From Podarcis vaucheri (taxonomy: Eukaryota), in assembly GCA_965113315.1 (NCBI GenBank), contig OZ220366.1: a stretch of DNA of 64,000 nucleotides. One strand, given 5' to 3'. A model generated the notes under the pieces. It was given only the letters and a program-made list of their open reading frames with translations. It did no database searches and was not told the DNA's origin. The position numbers were made by a program, and so were the translations under genes. Shown one piece after another: positions 53,116 to 64,000 of the stretch (its first letter is position 1; every line of letters begins with the position of its first letter).

Positions 53116-55920
53116 AGGAAAATTCCTGACATGTCCTGGTTTTCTGGTGTAAAAATGGTGTCGGGGGGAATTTAGCCGATTCGGCAAAATGTCAGGGGAA
53201 ATCCAGGTGTATGACAATGCGATAGAAAAAGCAGCATAAAATCACTAATTTGGGGGGAGGCTTTCCCAAAAAAGCCAACAATTTTTGTGGTTTCAGGAAT
53301 TCAACTTTTGAATTATGGCAACCCTATATAATAGCAAGCTAATTCCCCCAAACGGTACAGAGATCAGTATCCACGAGTGGAATTTATACCATCAGAGTTA
53401 CAGTGCCTTTGCTTCTTCTCTAAAAACTTCTAGAGCTGAGCCAGCAGACCTCGTGGGAAGATAATTCCATTTCCTATCAGCTTAACAGCTATGTTGCAAT
53501 CAAGCCACTAAGGTTTGTACTGGAAAGTATCTCATATGTTTATGATCAGGTGTCAGGATTAGAGCATTATGAGATCCGGCCAAATTTCCCCATTCTAAAG
53601 CCTGTTTGTCTTCTGGGGGCGGTGGGGACAATGGAACTCAAAAGCCTGCTTCAAGTGAAGATTTATTTGAGTTTTCCGGATCAGCTAGCTCTAACCAAAA
53701 ACCATCAGCATTCAGTGGAAATTTAGCTCAAGAGGCATCCGCTGGGATATCTTTTAATTTGATCATTAATCCTAATTGCACAAGTCACTGGCTTCCAGGC
53801 TAAAATAAATAAGAGAAAAGAAAAGGGCAGCAGCCTTCTTTTCAGCTTTGGCATCTATACCTACCTCAATATTTAAATAGCAAATTAAGTCATTAACACA
53901 CACAAAAATCCAGGAAAAGCAAAATATGAAAATTTGTTCTATTAACTCATATAAAACTTTAATGTGGAATGAAAATGATTCATTTAGTTTGATGGCTTGT
54001 ATTTTCAGCTTCTAAAGACTTTCAAGTGTAACTGTTAATGGTCCAGTCTCGAAGAATGCATCGTTGCCTCTTGAACGTGGACTTTATTTCACTTCCAGTG
54101 CCCCCAGTTAACTAGGCCAAATCCTGACTACTACATGATTTTAAAAAATGACATTTTGCTTTCACTGATTATGTAGCATGATTCCTTTCTTATTGAAAAA
54201 AGAAAGAGGGAAAGCAAGTCAGTTTTTCCAAGTACAGTGAAACAATATGTTAATGTTAAACAAATGAAAATGGGCTTGTCCTTACTGATAAGTACATGTC
54301 TATATACTAGAACTGTGCAGTTGTTATGCATGTGTCTGTATGCATAGCATTTGGAATCTGCTTGATTTGTTTCAGATCTGCTCTGTGTTCTTCCAGTCCA
54401 ATTCATTATGTAAGTGCAAATCTCATCTGTTAAATCCAAAGCTGTTTCACCTCATTAACTATAACAGGGAATCTAAAAACAGTATAACTTTTCACATAAG
54501 TGGATAAAATTTGCAGCCATTACAGGCATGGTCACCCCTTCAAAGTGAATGAAGCCTGGTAAATTTCAAAAAAGATTGCTGCAGTTCTTTCTCAAGGGCA
54601 GAGAACCACATTCTCTCAAGTAGTCCTTTTTTTTTGGGGGGGGGAGGCCAATCAGATTGAAAACTGGAACACGAGGGAGGCATGCCAGGTAAAATTACTG
54701 TCAAAGTTCAGACAGATCCTGTAGGTCCAGGAGCCATCATGCTACATGGTTTTACCATAATTATATATGTAAATAAATGGAGAAATTATCACCATGAGAA
54801 GAGGGAGAAAAGGGAAAGTGAACATGCTATGTTTTTAAATTGTTAAGAAAAAAGAATGATTGAGGAAGAAACAAGCCACTCCACCACTTACACCCTGCTC
54901 TTACAGCCAAAACCACCAACACGCTGTGATTGGAATGCTCTGTGAAAATAATTCACTATGATTAAAAGCTGGGCCTGTCCCTGCCCACTGCCCTCGCCCA
55001 CATTCCCAATCATCTCAGCTCAAGCTTGATTTCATTTATGGGGGAAAAATAGGGGAGTAGGGAAAGCTTTGTTTCTGAAAGGACGCAACAAACCTACTCA
55101 AGGATGCAACAAACCTACTCTCAGCTCTGCCCCCACCTGACTTTGGAGCATGAGATCATTACCCAAATCACCCCAGATCACGCCATTATTTAGGGTACAC
55201 ATGGAGTTAATGCATACTCCTTATCCATATTCTTGCAAATTGATTCCCAAAATACTGTCAACTGAAATGTGCACTAATACACCAGGGTTTAGGTGGTTGC
55301 CACATTGTGCCATGAGAAAAAAAGCATACTGAAAGCTTCACATATCAGTGTGGAGTATGGAAGGAGAGCAGGGTCAACCCCTCCCCCCAAGTTTCATTTC
55401 ATTTTTACCAATTTATCATAAGCAGGAGCCAACCATTCCAAGCTGGGAACTAACAGTCAGAACAGCTGACACATTCTGGAGAAGGTCAGGACCAATGCAC
55501 CTTTATATTGCTTTACAGTCAGAGACTCTTGTTCTGCTTCCAGCTGCTCATCTCTGATATACTGAAATTGTGTGTGAGCCCTTCCTGTGCAGACCTTCTG
55601 TGCAGTTTGCTGTCCATGAAGTTATTTTGGGTTTTTTTCTAAGTGTTTGTGTAACTAATGAATCAGGAGCAGTCTGTGGGGCAGGGCAACACTGCTTATT
55701 TGACCCTTCATCACCATTGCTCTGACTTATTGAAAAGAATAGGGGGAGGTGGTAATGTCAATGCAGTGGAAACACACCAGTGGATCCAATTCAGCATTCC
55801 TACTGCTCCATTTGCACCATGCAGGTGTAACTGCCTCCCTTTCTGAAAGCAGCCCTGTATTGGGAGGTGTTTAGTGCTTGATGTTTTTATTATGTTTTTA
55901 GATATGCTGTAAGCCACCCA

Positions 55921-57004
55921 TAATTCAAAAGCATCAATTCTTCGGCGATCAGCCTTCTTTATGGTCCAGCTCTCACTTCCATACATCACTACTGGGAAAA
56001 CCATGGCTTTTACTATACGGACCTTTGTTGGCAAGGTGATGTCTCTGCTTTTTAAGATGTTGTCTAGGTTTGCCATCGCCTTTCTCCCAAGGAGCAGGCG
56101 TCTTTTAATTTCGTGACTGCTGTCCAGTGGCGTAGCGTGGGGGGTGCCAGGGGTGCCGGCCGCACCGGGCGCAACATTTTGGGGGGCGCATTTGGCCGGC
56201 CCTCCTCGAGGAAGCAGGAACCCCACTGTCCTCGGACCTCCTCTGAAGGCTGGCGGTGGGGTGGAGAGACCTCCTCCCCGCGCCAGCCTTCGGATGGCTG
56301 TCCTGAAGACTTGTGGTGGGAGCAGTGGCGTAGCATGGGGGTGCAGGGGGGCCTGCTGCACCTGGCACAACATCTGGGGGCGCACGGAAGAGACTCGAGT
56401 GCTAAAATCCATGGGTTAGGGGGCGCAAATTACTTGCCTTGCCCCGGGTGCTGAGAACCCACGCTACGCCACTGCTGCTGTCACCATCTGCACTGATCAT
56501 GGCGCCCAAGAAAGTAAAATCTCTCACTGCCTCCATTTCTTCCCCATCTATTTGCCAGGAGGTGATGGGCCCAGTGGCCATGATCTTCGTTTTTTTGATG
56601 TTGAGCTTCAGACCATATTTTGCGCTCTCCTCTTTCACCCTCATTAAAAGGTTCTTTAATTCCTCTTCACTTTCTGCCATCAAGGTTGTGTCATCTGCAT
56701 ATCTGAGGTTGTTGATAAAATCAGCCCTGAGCGCTCACTGGAAGGACAGATCGTGAAGCTGAGGCTCCAATACTTTGGCCACCTCATGAGAAGAGAAGAC
56801 TCCCTGGAAAAGACCCTGATGTTGGGAAAGATGGAGGGCACAAGGAGAAGGGGACGACAGAGAATGAGCTGGTTGGATGGTGTTCTTGAAGCTACTAGCA
56901 TGAGTTTGATCAAACTGCGGGAGACAGTGGAGGACAGAAGTGCCTGGGGTGCTCTGGTCCATGGGGTCACGAAGAGTCGGACACGACTAAACGACTAAAC
57001 AACA
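55921..57004. mobile_element. BovB (RTE) LINE, 5'-truncated and 5'-inverted
   Basis: Minus segment 55921-~56717 encodes INNLRYADDTTLMAESEEELKNLLMRVKEES...RIDAFELW. Plus segment ~56718-57004 encodes KLRLQYFGHLMRREDSLEKTLMLGK...HGVTKSRTRLND*. 10-bp TSD AAGCCACCCA (55911-55920, 57005-57014). Confidence 0.94.
56125..56474. mobile_element. hAT-type MITE (350 bp) nested in BovB
   Basis: Perfect 17-bp TIR CAGTGGCGTAGCGTGGG / CCCACGCTACGCCACTG; perfect 8-bp TSD CTGCTGTC (56117-56124, 56475-56482). Confidence 0.93.
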
Positions 57005-57562
57005 AAGCCACCCAAGGTAGCTGGGGAAAGCCAGCCTGATGGGCGGGGTATAAATGTTGTTGTTGTTGTTGTTTCTTGGTAAGCCACAGTGATGGCAGTA
57101 ATGGTAACAGGGCAGGTATCCAGCAGCACCATACCGGCCACTACTCTAATGAGTTTTTTGTTATTATATCATTATTTTATTATTTATTTAATTTATATAC
57201 TGCTCTATACCCGGAGGTCTCAGGATGCTTCACAGAACAAAATCAAAATTTAAACAATCTTCATCAAGTCTTGCTTTGAGTCGTTCTTGGACATCAGCAT
57301 CTGTGTCTTGTTCCAGACACCTCTCTGTTGACTGAACATAACAGGGCCACTGGGGAACTTGCATGGGCTAGTAATCAATGAACTTGTTTTGTTTGGCTGT
57401 AGTAAGTTTACATGTCCAAGGAGGTTCATATACCCTCATATATCAGCTCCAACAATGATAAAGCACTGGAATTGATGGAAGGTGCCTTTCTTGGATTTAC
57501 AGAAATTATTGTTGTTATTTGATTTGTATGCTGCCCATCTGACTGGATTCAGCTAGTGTTTC

Positions 57563-57924
57563 TGTTATGTACTGAAGTTCTCACCCTGGGCCAGCAGGGG
57601 GATACTGATAGTTATGCAAATCATAGAATCATAGAGTTGGAAGAGACCACAAGGGCCATCGAGTCCAACCCCCTGTCCAACCCCCTGCCACTTTCGAAGG
57701 ATCGAAAGTGACGTTCAGTGATTGGATAGTTTGAATGCAAATGAAGGATCAAAAGTGACATTCAGTGATTGGATAGTTTTAGAAAGTTGCTACAGTTACG
57801 TTGTTCTGGAGCTCTATATAAGCAGGCTGACTGAGCTCCTCAGTTCAGTTCAGTTCTGGCCTCTGAATAAAGAGCTGTTTGAAGAATCGCTGTGTCGTCT
57901 GATATGTTCGCCCACAACTTAACA
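57563..57924 (+). mobile_element. Solo LTR with an inserted CR1 tail
   Basis: TGTTA...TAACA termini; 5-bp TSD GTTTC (57558-57562, 57925-57929); TATATAA 57815-57821; AATAAA 57866-57871; duplicated ~47-bp U3 unit. Confidence 0.9.
57622..57688 (-). mobile_element. Short CR1 3' tail inside the LTR
   Basis: CATAGAATCATAGAGTTGGAAGAGACCACAAGGGCCATCGAGTCCAACCCCCTG is the reverse complement of a CR1 terminus. Confidence 0.85.
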
Positions 57925-60763
57925 GTTTCATCATCTCCACCTCTCAAGTTACCACTTAACTGGAGACTCCAGTTAATTTTATTAGTTAATAGTTAAATTA
58001 CTGTTCAAATTTACTATTAAAAATTAGTTATTAAAAGTTTTGGAAGACTTTCCAAATCTGTTTCCTAATATGCAATATCAACAACTGTTTCTTTCATGTT
58101 GCTGTTTTACTTCTTTATTCATTCTCCAGATTAAATCTGGTGATGCTTGAAAAATGTTAATTTCCAAACCAATGAAGAGTATATTTTGATGCTCATTTTG
58201 CTATAGCAACATGTGCTGGTTTTTTATTCCCTCATAAACTTGTGTGTCAAAAATATGGACACTGGATTAATTACAATTCACTAATTTGTGTCCATTACTG
58301 CCTTTGTTTTACAGACAGAAAGTTATTTAACTCAACAGATGGGAAGATGTCTGCAAGTCATAAACCTAATACTATTCTAGTAAAAGTCAACATAAGGTTC
58401 TTGCTTCTTGAAGTGTAAAGCTACTTTATACAAATGAAATTTCACAATAAAATTACTTAGTACTTACTGCAAAGTCCCACAACACATATCAAACCATTCA
58501 AGATAAAAGGATTTCCTCTTATTGGAACACATAAGACCTCCATAATATTTTGTGTCCCTCTTGTGATTGACTATATAGCTTAGCCCACATGTTTGAAAAA
58601 GAAAGTGTATCATAGCACAGTAAAATGTTGCTCAAGAAACTACTTCTTTTCACAAAATGCTTATCTGGAATTCATGAGATCTGGGATAAACTTCAGGCAG
58701 TGTTGCAGAGATTCCATGTGAATCCCTAAAACACAGGTAAAGTTAACTCCTTGGACCAGTTAATCTGATTTAACACCAATTTATATGCAATTTATGGAGA
58801 AAGACTATTTTCCCTGGAATGGTGGCTGAGCGACTGCAGGATCCATGGCCTCTTTTTTTGCAGATGGATAGGGAGAACCACAGATGACAGGCAGATGCAG
58901 AAAGGTACAGGGCCACTGCTCTTCTGCTGCTGGTGCTCCATGGACAAAACTGGGATAAGAGGCTGATTATGATTCTTGTACACATGAATCTTTTGGTTTT
59001 ATCTCAGAATGCAGGATTTTACTTTCTTGCCAAGCAGTTTGATCAGTAAGGGTAGGAGATGTTCAAGGCTTTTCTATCCCCCACCAAATGGCCCAGCAGA
59101 AAATTAGCAAGAGGGGAATCTGGGGTGATGTCTTCAGGTCACCACAAACCCCTTGCTGTTCAACTTCAGACCTTCGAAAGAGACAAACCCGGAAGGAGGG
59201 AAACTGATACATGTTGCAAACTCACCCATGGAGCTAAGAGCCACTACCTCCCCACTCCTGTTATTCCCCCCGGTCAGCAACAGTGACCCACCTGCAGGCA
59301 AGAGAACATAGTGGTTCTGCTCCATCCAGCGAACGCTTCTGCCTGAAACATGCTCAGAACAGAATTTGTAATTTATGAAACTACACTCAAGAAAATGCAG
59401 TGCATAGCACTGTCTACATGTATCATTTCAACAGAAACTTGAAAGTAAGTTATATTAATGTTACCGCCTCCCATTCTAACTTCCTTTCTATCAAAGCAAT
59501 AGTTGGTCCCTCCATAGCATATAGTTTATTAAAATTGAAATTAGTGATTGAAATTATATCTCCAGGAAGCTGTCATGATTCCCATTACAATGAGAATGTA
59601 ATTACAGTTTAATTTATAACAAGTGTATTTCAATTATTTTTCTCAGAAATGAGAAACTTATTATTAGCAACTAATTTCAAGAATGCCAAGGTTTTGTCTG
59701 CAGATGATTCATTTATTTGCTGCCAAATAAAAACAAGAGACTAGACTTTATGTTGAAGAGGGTACGTATGAAAAAGTTTAAAATAAACTATGGTGCAAGT
59801 ATAATCTGTTGGAGGCACATGTGATTCTCTCTGCACCTTTATTATAAGTAAATGTGATTATCTCTGTCTTGGAAAGAGTGACAGTTAAGTGTTGGAAGGG
59901 GGGAGAATTATTCTCAAGGACACTTCTTAAAAATGAATTTAGAAGCATGCTGCTTAATAAATAATGCAGCCTACCAGTCCTTGATGCTTTACTTTCAGGA
60001 CTAGGACTCCCTGCAAATTGCCAAGAGCATTTAATGTTACAGAAATGATAATAATTTGTGCAATTCAATGCGCAAGAGTTCAAAGATTCAAACGTCTAAG
60101 CATTTTTGTAATATCCAGGCATTATTGCTTTACCGATTCCACATCGAAGTATCACAGTCTGGTAGGCATGTTTGCACATCACATTGCAATGAATGAAATA
60201 CGCCAAAGAGCCTGAATTTGCACAAACCTTATTGTCTTCAATGGATCTTGAATTAAAGAGGTCCTTGAAGGACTGTGCTCAGTGTGCAATGAGTGAATGT
60301 GAACAGACTTACGCCAACAAAATGCATCACTTCTAGGTAGGGATGGACATATCTGTTGATTTCAGTTTCGCTCAATTTTGCATTCTTTCAATTTTAAGTT
60401 TGGTTCACTCCATTTATGCATCTGTTTGAAGTATTTAAAAAAATGGCAAGAAAGCCAGTATTTTAGTGTTTATGCCTCCCATTATACACATTTTAATGCC
60501 ATTTTGCCTAATATGCACATTTTTCTAACACATTTTACATGTTAGTTCAGTAATATATGCATTTTAATGCACTTACCCCTAAAATAGGCATTTTATTATA
60601 CATTTTTGATCAAAGAACTGCACTGCCAGACTTGGAAAAGTGTAGATTTCAAAAGCTAGCTGCGTTTGGCTTTGCGCATTGTTTCAGGAAGCTTGGAGGC
60701 AATGTGCTTCTGGTTGCTGGAAACTGCAGACGGGGAGAGTGCCCTCATACTTAGGTCCTCCTT

Positions 60764-60976
60764 TAAAAAATTCCTTCCAGTAGCACCTTAAAGACCAACT
60801 AAGTTAGTTCTTGGTATGAGCTTTCGTGTGCATGCACATTTCTTCAGATACACAGAAGAAGTGTGCATGCACACGAAAGCTCATACCAAGAACTAACTTA
60901 GTTGGTCTTTAAGGTGCTACTGGAAGGAATTTTTTTATTTTGACTATGGCAGACCAACACAGCTACCTATCTGTAA
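60764..60976. mobile_element. Penelope-like element remnant: inverted pseudo-LTR fold-back
   Basis: 81-bp inverted arms 60765-60845 / 60855-60935 with one mismatch and a 9-nt loop; 13-bp flanking direct repeat TTAGGTCCTCCTT (60751-60763, 60977-60989); hammerhead core motifs. Confidence 0.82.
60814..60851 (-). ncRNA. Minimal type I hammerhead ribozyme motif (possibly inactivated)
   Basis: Minus strand GUAU-CUGAAGA-A-AUGUGCAUGCACAC-GAAA-GC-UC-AUAC: stem I GUAU/AUAC, core CUGANGA and GAAA, palindromic AGCU stem III, UC cleavage site. Confidence 0.65.
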
Positions 60977-61749
60977 TTAGGTCCTCCTTGTGGGCTTCCC
61001 ATAGGCATCTGGTTGGCCACTTCAATAACAGAATGCTGGACTAGATAGGTCATTGATCTGATCCTACATGTTCTTCTTATGTTCTTACATTCGATAGGGA
61101 TATTTTTGTCCCATCCCTACTTCTAGATGCTATTTCAATGAGAAAAGAAAAGGACTTGTTAATTGTCCCATTAAAAAGAATTGGATTTAAAAGTGTTGAA
61201 CTTTGGCTGGACCTTGTCCAATATATTTTTGATGACATTGCATCTTACTTACATAAAAACTAGCATATGGCAAATGGTGGGGTGTCTTTAATCTTAATAT
61301 TTTAGTAAAATCCTGAGATACGTTTGGATATCTAAAGTGGGTATTTTAAGATGAAGAAAATCAAATGCTCTGAATAAGTATATATAGAGATAATTATTTC
61401 AAACTACAAGAAAAACAACTTCTTTTATCTCTGCAAGACCACTGAGCCAAAAATATAGCAGCAATTTTAAGGTTTGTTTAAGAAAAAAAGATGTTAAGTT
61501 CAGCAATCCAAAAATGGGTCTTTTCAAGAAAGCATTTCCTGCAGCTGTGAGATCTTATGACATCTTAAGTTTAGAACTTGTAACTAAAACGAGTTACCCA
61601 TTGTGTTTACAGAAGTTCTATTCATGGCAGGCTGCCTTTGCTAACCAGCTGAAATCTGGAAGTATTTATAAACAACAAAATACACTGGGAAGCCTGATTT
61701 TAAAAATCAGCCAGGTTGTTTAGGAATTTATCCCTCCACCTTTATACAA

Positions 61750-61805
<56 letters not shown>

Positions 61806-61826
61806 TACTACTACTACTACTATTAT
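61750..61826. repeat. (ATT)n(ACT)n microsatellite
   Basis: Directly visible. Confidence 0.96.
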
Positions 61827-61899
61827 CATCTTCTCACTTATTGAAGATGGTGGGGGCAATCTAACAATCTGTTAGGTGAAAAGGTTTAATTAAAAATCT

Positions 61900-62150
61900 A
61901 GCACCAGTGGTACAGCACATTATGGTTTGCATGTAAAAAGTTTTCTGGGTTTATCCACACATCTCCAAGTAGAGCTGGGAAGTCAGAAAAGCCTCTGCCA
62001 GTCAGTGTGGACAATATGAACTAGATGGTACCATGTAAGGCAACTTCCTGTTTCTATCAGCTCTTAGTTTATTCACAATCTGAGGGCTAGAAAATTGAGA
62101 AAGGGCTGTAGTTCAGTGGTAGAGCAATGTAAGGCAGGTCTCTATGTTCC
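61900..62150 (+). mobile_element. Two degraded tRNA-derived SINE copies, the second internally deleted
   Basis: CAGTGGTACAGCA...TGCCAGTCAGTGTGGACAAT...TAAGGCAACTTCCT, then GGGCTGTAGTTCAGTGGTAGAGCA joined directly to the tail TAAGGCAGGTCTCTATGTTCC (62103-62150). Confidence 0.6.
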
Positions 62151-64000
62151 AATGTAAACTTCACCATTACCTTCTGTGTGACAAGAAATGCTCTTTTTAC
62201 ATGAACATAGATCATTTATCATGTGGCATTCTGCATGTGCACCAGAGCCGATTTGGACAAAAAAACCAAAACATGCTGAACCAAATAGGCCACCCAATCC
62301 TATGACCCAGCTAAGATGTTCAGTGTCATCACAGAGACAGAGGATCAACACGTGATACTTCTACCTTCTGAATAAGCAAGAATGTCAGTAAAAAGCTTCC
62401 CCTTGTGCATGCTCATCTACCCTAAGACTCAGTATGAATGAAACTAAACAGGTAATAAAAAGTCTTGAGTCTGTGAAATTCATGCAAAATAATTAACAAT
62501 CAGTAGGGCCTGATCCTGAATCACTAAAAGCAATCATTTGCTCTTCAGTTACTGTCAATAAGATTGACCACCCTGATTCTACATTACTTTAAACATTTCT
62601 CTGTAGGCAATGGGATCAAAGACATAAAAATGTGGAAGATATAGGAGGACCTCCTGTTAAACACACCAGTAAGATAAGCAGGTGGAAGGAAATGTAATAA
62701 ATGTTTTTGTTTTTCGCAGATAGCCTTGCTTTGCATGCTTTTGCAAACTTTCACTAGTTTAAGTGGCATCTGCTGTTGGGCAAGTCCAATATCCAAAACC
62801 TCTTTGGATTATTAACTTTTTTTCCAGCTTAGAATGTGCAGAAAAATCAATTCTCTACTGCAACTGGCTTGTGCATGGCTCAGCAGAGAATGAAAACTGC
62901 CAGCTACAGCTCTTTGATTCACTGCCTGGCCCTAATTCTGAGTACCCTTCTCAACAGCCTTAGGGATTTTTGAATATGCATGTTGGTCTCCTAGGTGTTA
63001 TAAGGCAGTTGATCATAGTCAACATATACATTTGCCAAAGCACACCCCTCTCCTCTAGAATATTTATCTTCCTCACTAGCATACTCCGTTTTGGAGGAAT
63101 AGCATAGGACAGGCCTGTGCCAGATCGACCACATAGTATTGACCTCCCTGTGCCAATGAAACAAGCACTCAAGGGATAATCTCTGCCTCATTTGCAGCAT
63201 TTCAGTTTTATAGTCTTTATGGCCAGAAGGGGCATGGGATAATTTAGCCGCGCCTCTGCAATTTATTCCACTTGGATTGAAGAAAGCTTTTTAAAAAATG
63301 ATCCCCCATCTGGATCTAAATGCTCTAAACAACTGTGGTTTTTGTATTCCCTTTGACATACAGTTTCTGTGTTTTATTAAATTTGATGCTGGAAACAGCT
63401 CCTTATTTGAAGTCGGAATCTGCATAACTACAGCACCCACTCTTTGGACCTTCCTTTGCAGAAGGGCCTTCTGGGCTCATATTATTTTCACAGAAGAACT
63501 GTAGTTATATACAGTTCTAACCCAAAATGGTACACTCTTCCATTGTCTCCCCAAACAGAAGGATGCTAACCAACATCCCTTCTGATCAGCAAACTTGGTG
63601 CCATTATTCCTGCACCAAATGATCAGCCAAGTATGTCCACCAGTGAAGACGTCCTTATAGGAATAACAAGATACACATTAATTTTTTGTCTCTATAATTC
63701 ATGCTGCTCAGTATCAAGACAAACAAGGAGAAAAGGGGCTGATTAAGCAGCTTATCAAGTGCAGAACTGCACCTGACAAATACAAAACCAGGCACCTGTG
63801 TTCCACATGTACATGAATCTATGTAGATCATTGAAGATCATACCCTGTAAGAACACATATTATTTAATGAACTAGAACTGAAATAAATGCAAAATTTATC
63901 AGCAATTTGAAGGCAAATTGTCTGTTCCACTCAGCATGGGATATTGTGGCAAGGCTGTATCTGACCAGAGGGACTGCAATTAGTATGCAATCTCAGCTGA

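Larger units (their letters stand above)
55843..57073 (+). mobile_element. L2 3' tail split by the BovB insertion (55843-55920 and 57015-57073)
   Basis: Joining the halves across the TSD restores CTGAAAGCAGCCCTGTAT...AAGCCACCCA-AGGTAGCTGGGGAAAGCCAGCCTGATGGGCGGGGTATAAAT, like 49566-49690. Confidence 0.8.
60695..61087 (+). mobile_element. CR1-type 3' tail (TTCTTATGTTCTTA end) split by the Penelope-type insert
   Basis: GCATCTGGTTGGCCAC...ATGCTGGACTAGAT...CTGATCC...TTCTTATGTTCTTA; sequence is continuous across the 13-bp duplication. Confidence 0.7.
60338..61119. mobile_element. hAT-type MITE hosting nested insertions
   Basis: TIR TAGGGATGG / CCATCCCTA; 8-bp TSD CTTCTAGG (60330-60337) / CTTCTAGA (61120-61127). 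Confidence 0.8.

Noticed and set aside
52836-53217. ORFs spanning the N run
   Set aside because: Gap artefacts.
55711-56412. 233-aa ORF
   Set aside because: Chimeric read-through of hAT MITE, BovB and L2 sequence, not a gene.
62103-62126. tRNA-like GGGCTGTAGTTCAGTGGTAGAGCA, and the SINE heads at 5819, 17508 and 24909
   Set aside because: No complete cloverleaf; these are SINE heads.

Overview
Vertebrate genomic DNA, not prokaryotic. The repeat content (Sauria SINEs, BovB, squamate-type CR1/L2, MITEs) points to a squamate reptile, probably a lacertid lizard (inference). I recognise no host protein-coding exon, so the window reads as intronic or intergenic DNA dense with transposons. Main contents: (1) a ~6.0 kb L1 LINE on the minus strand (31247-37248) with a 17-bp TSD, intact ORF1 and ORF2 broken by three lesions; (2) two young Sauria SINEs in opposite orientation; (3) a 5'-inverted (twin-primed) BovB inside an L2 tail, itself interrupted by a hAT MITE; (4) two solo LTRs; (5) many hAT and Tc1/mariner MITEs plus CR1, L2, Rex1/Babar and RTE fragments; (6) a Penelope-type 81-bp fold-back carrying a minimal hammerhead-ribozyme motif, nested inside two older elements (60764-60976). 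There is one 177-N assembly gap. The most unusual signals are the hammerhead fold-back, the twin-primed BovB, and a ~60-bp hairpin module shared by MITEs of two transposon superfamilies. I cannot demonstrate a wholly new system from sequence alone. Family names come from motif recognition, not from database searches.
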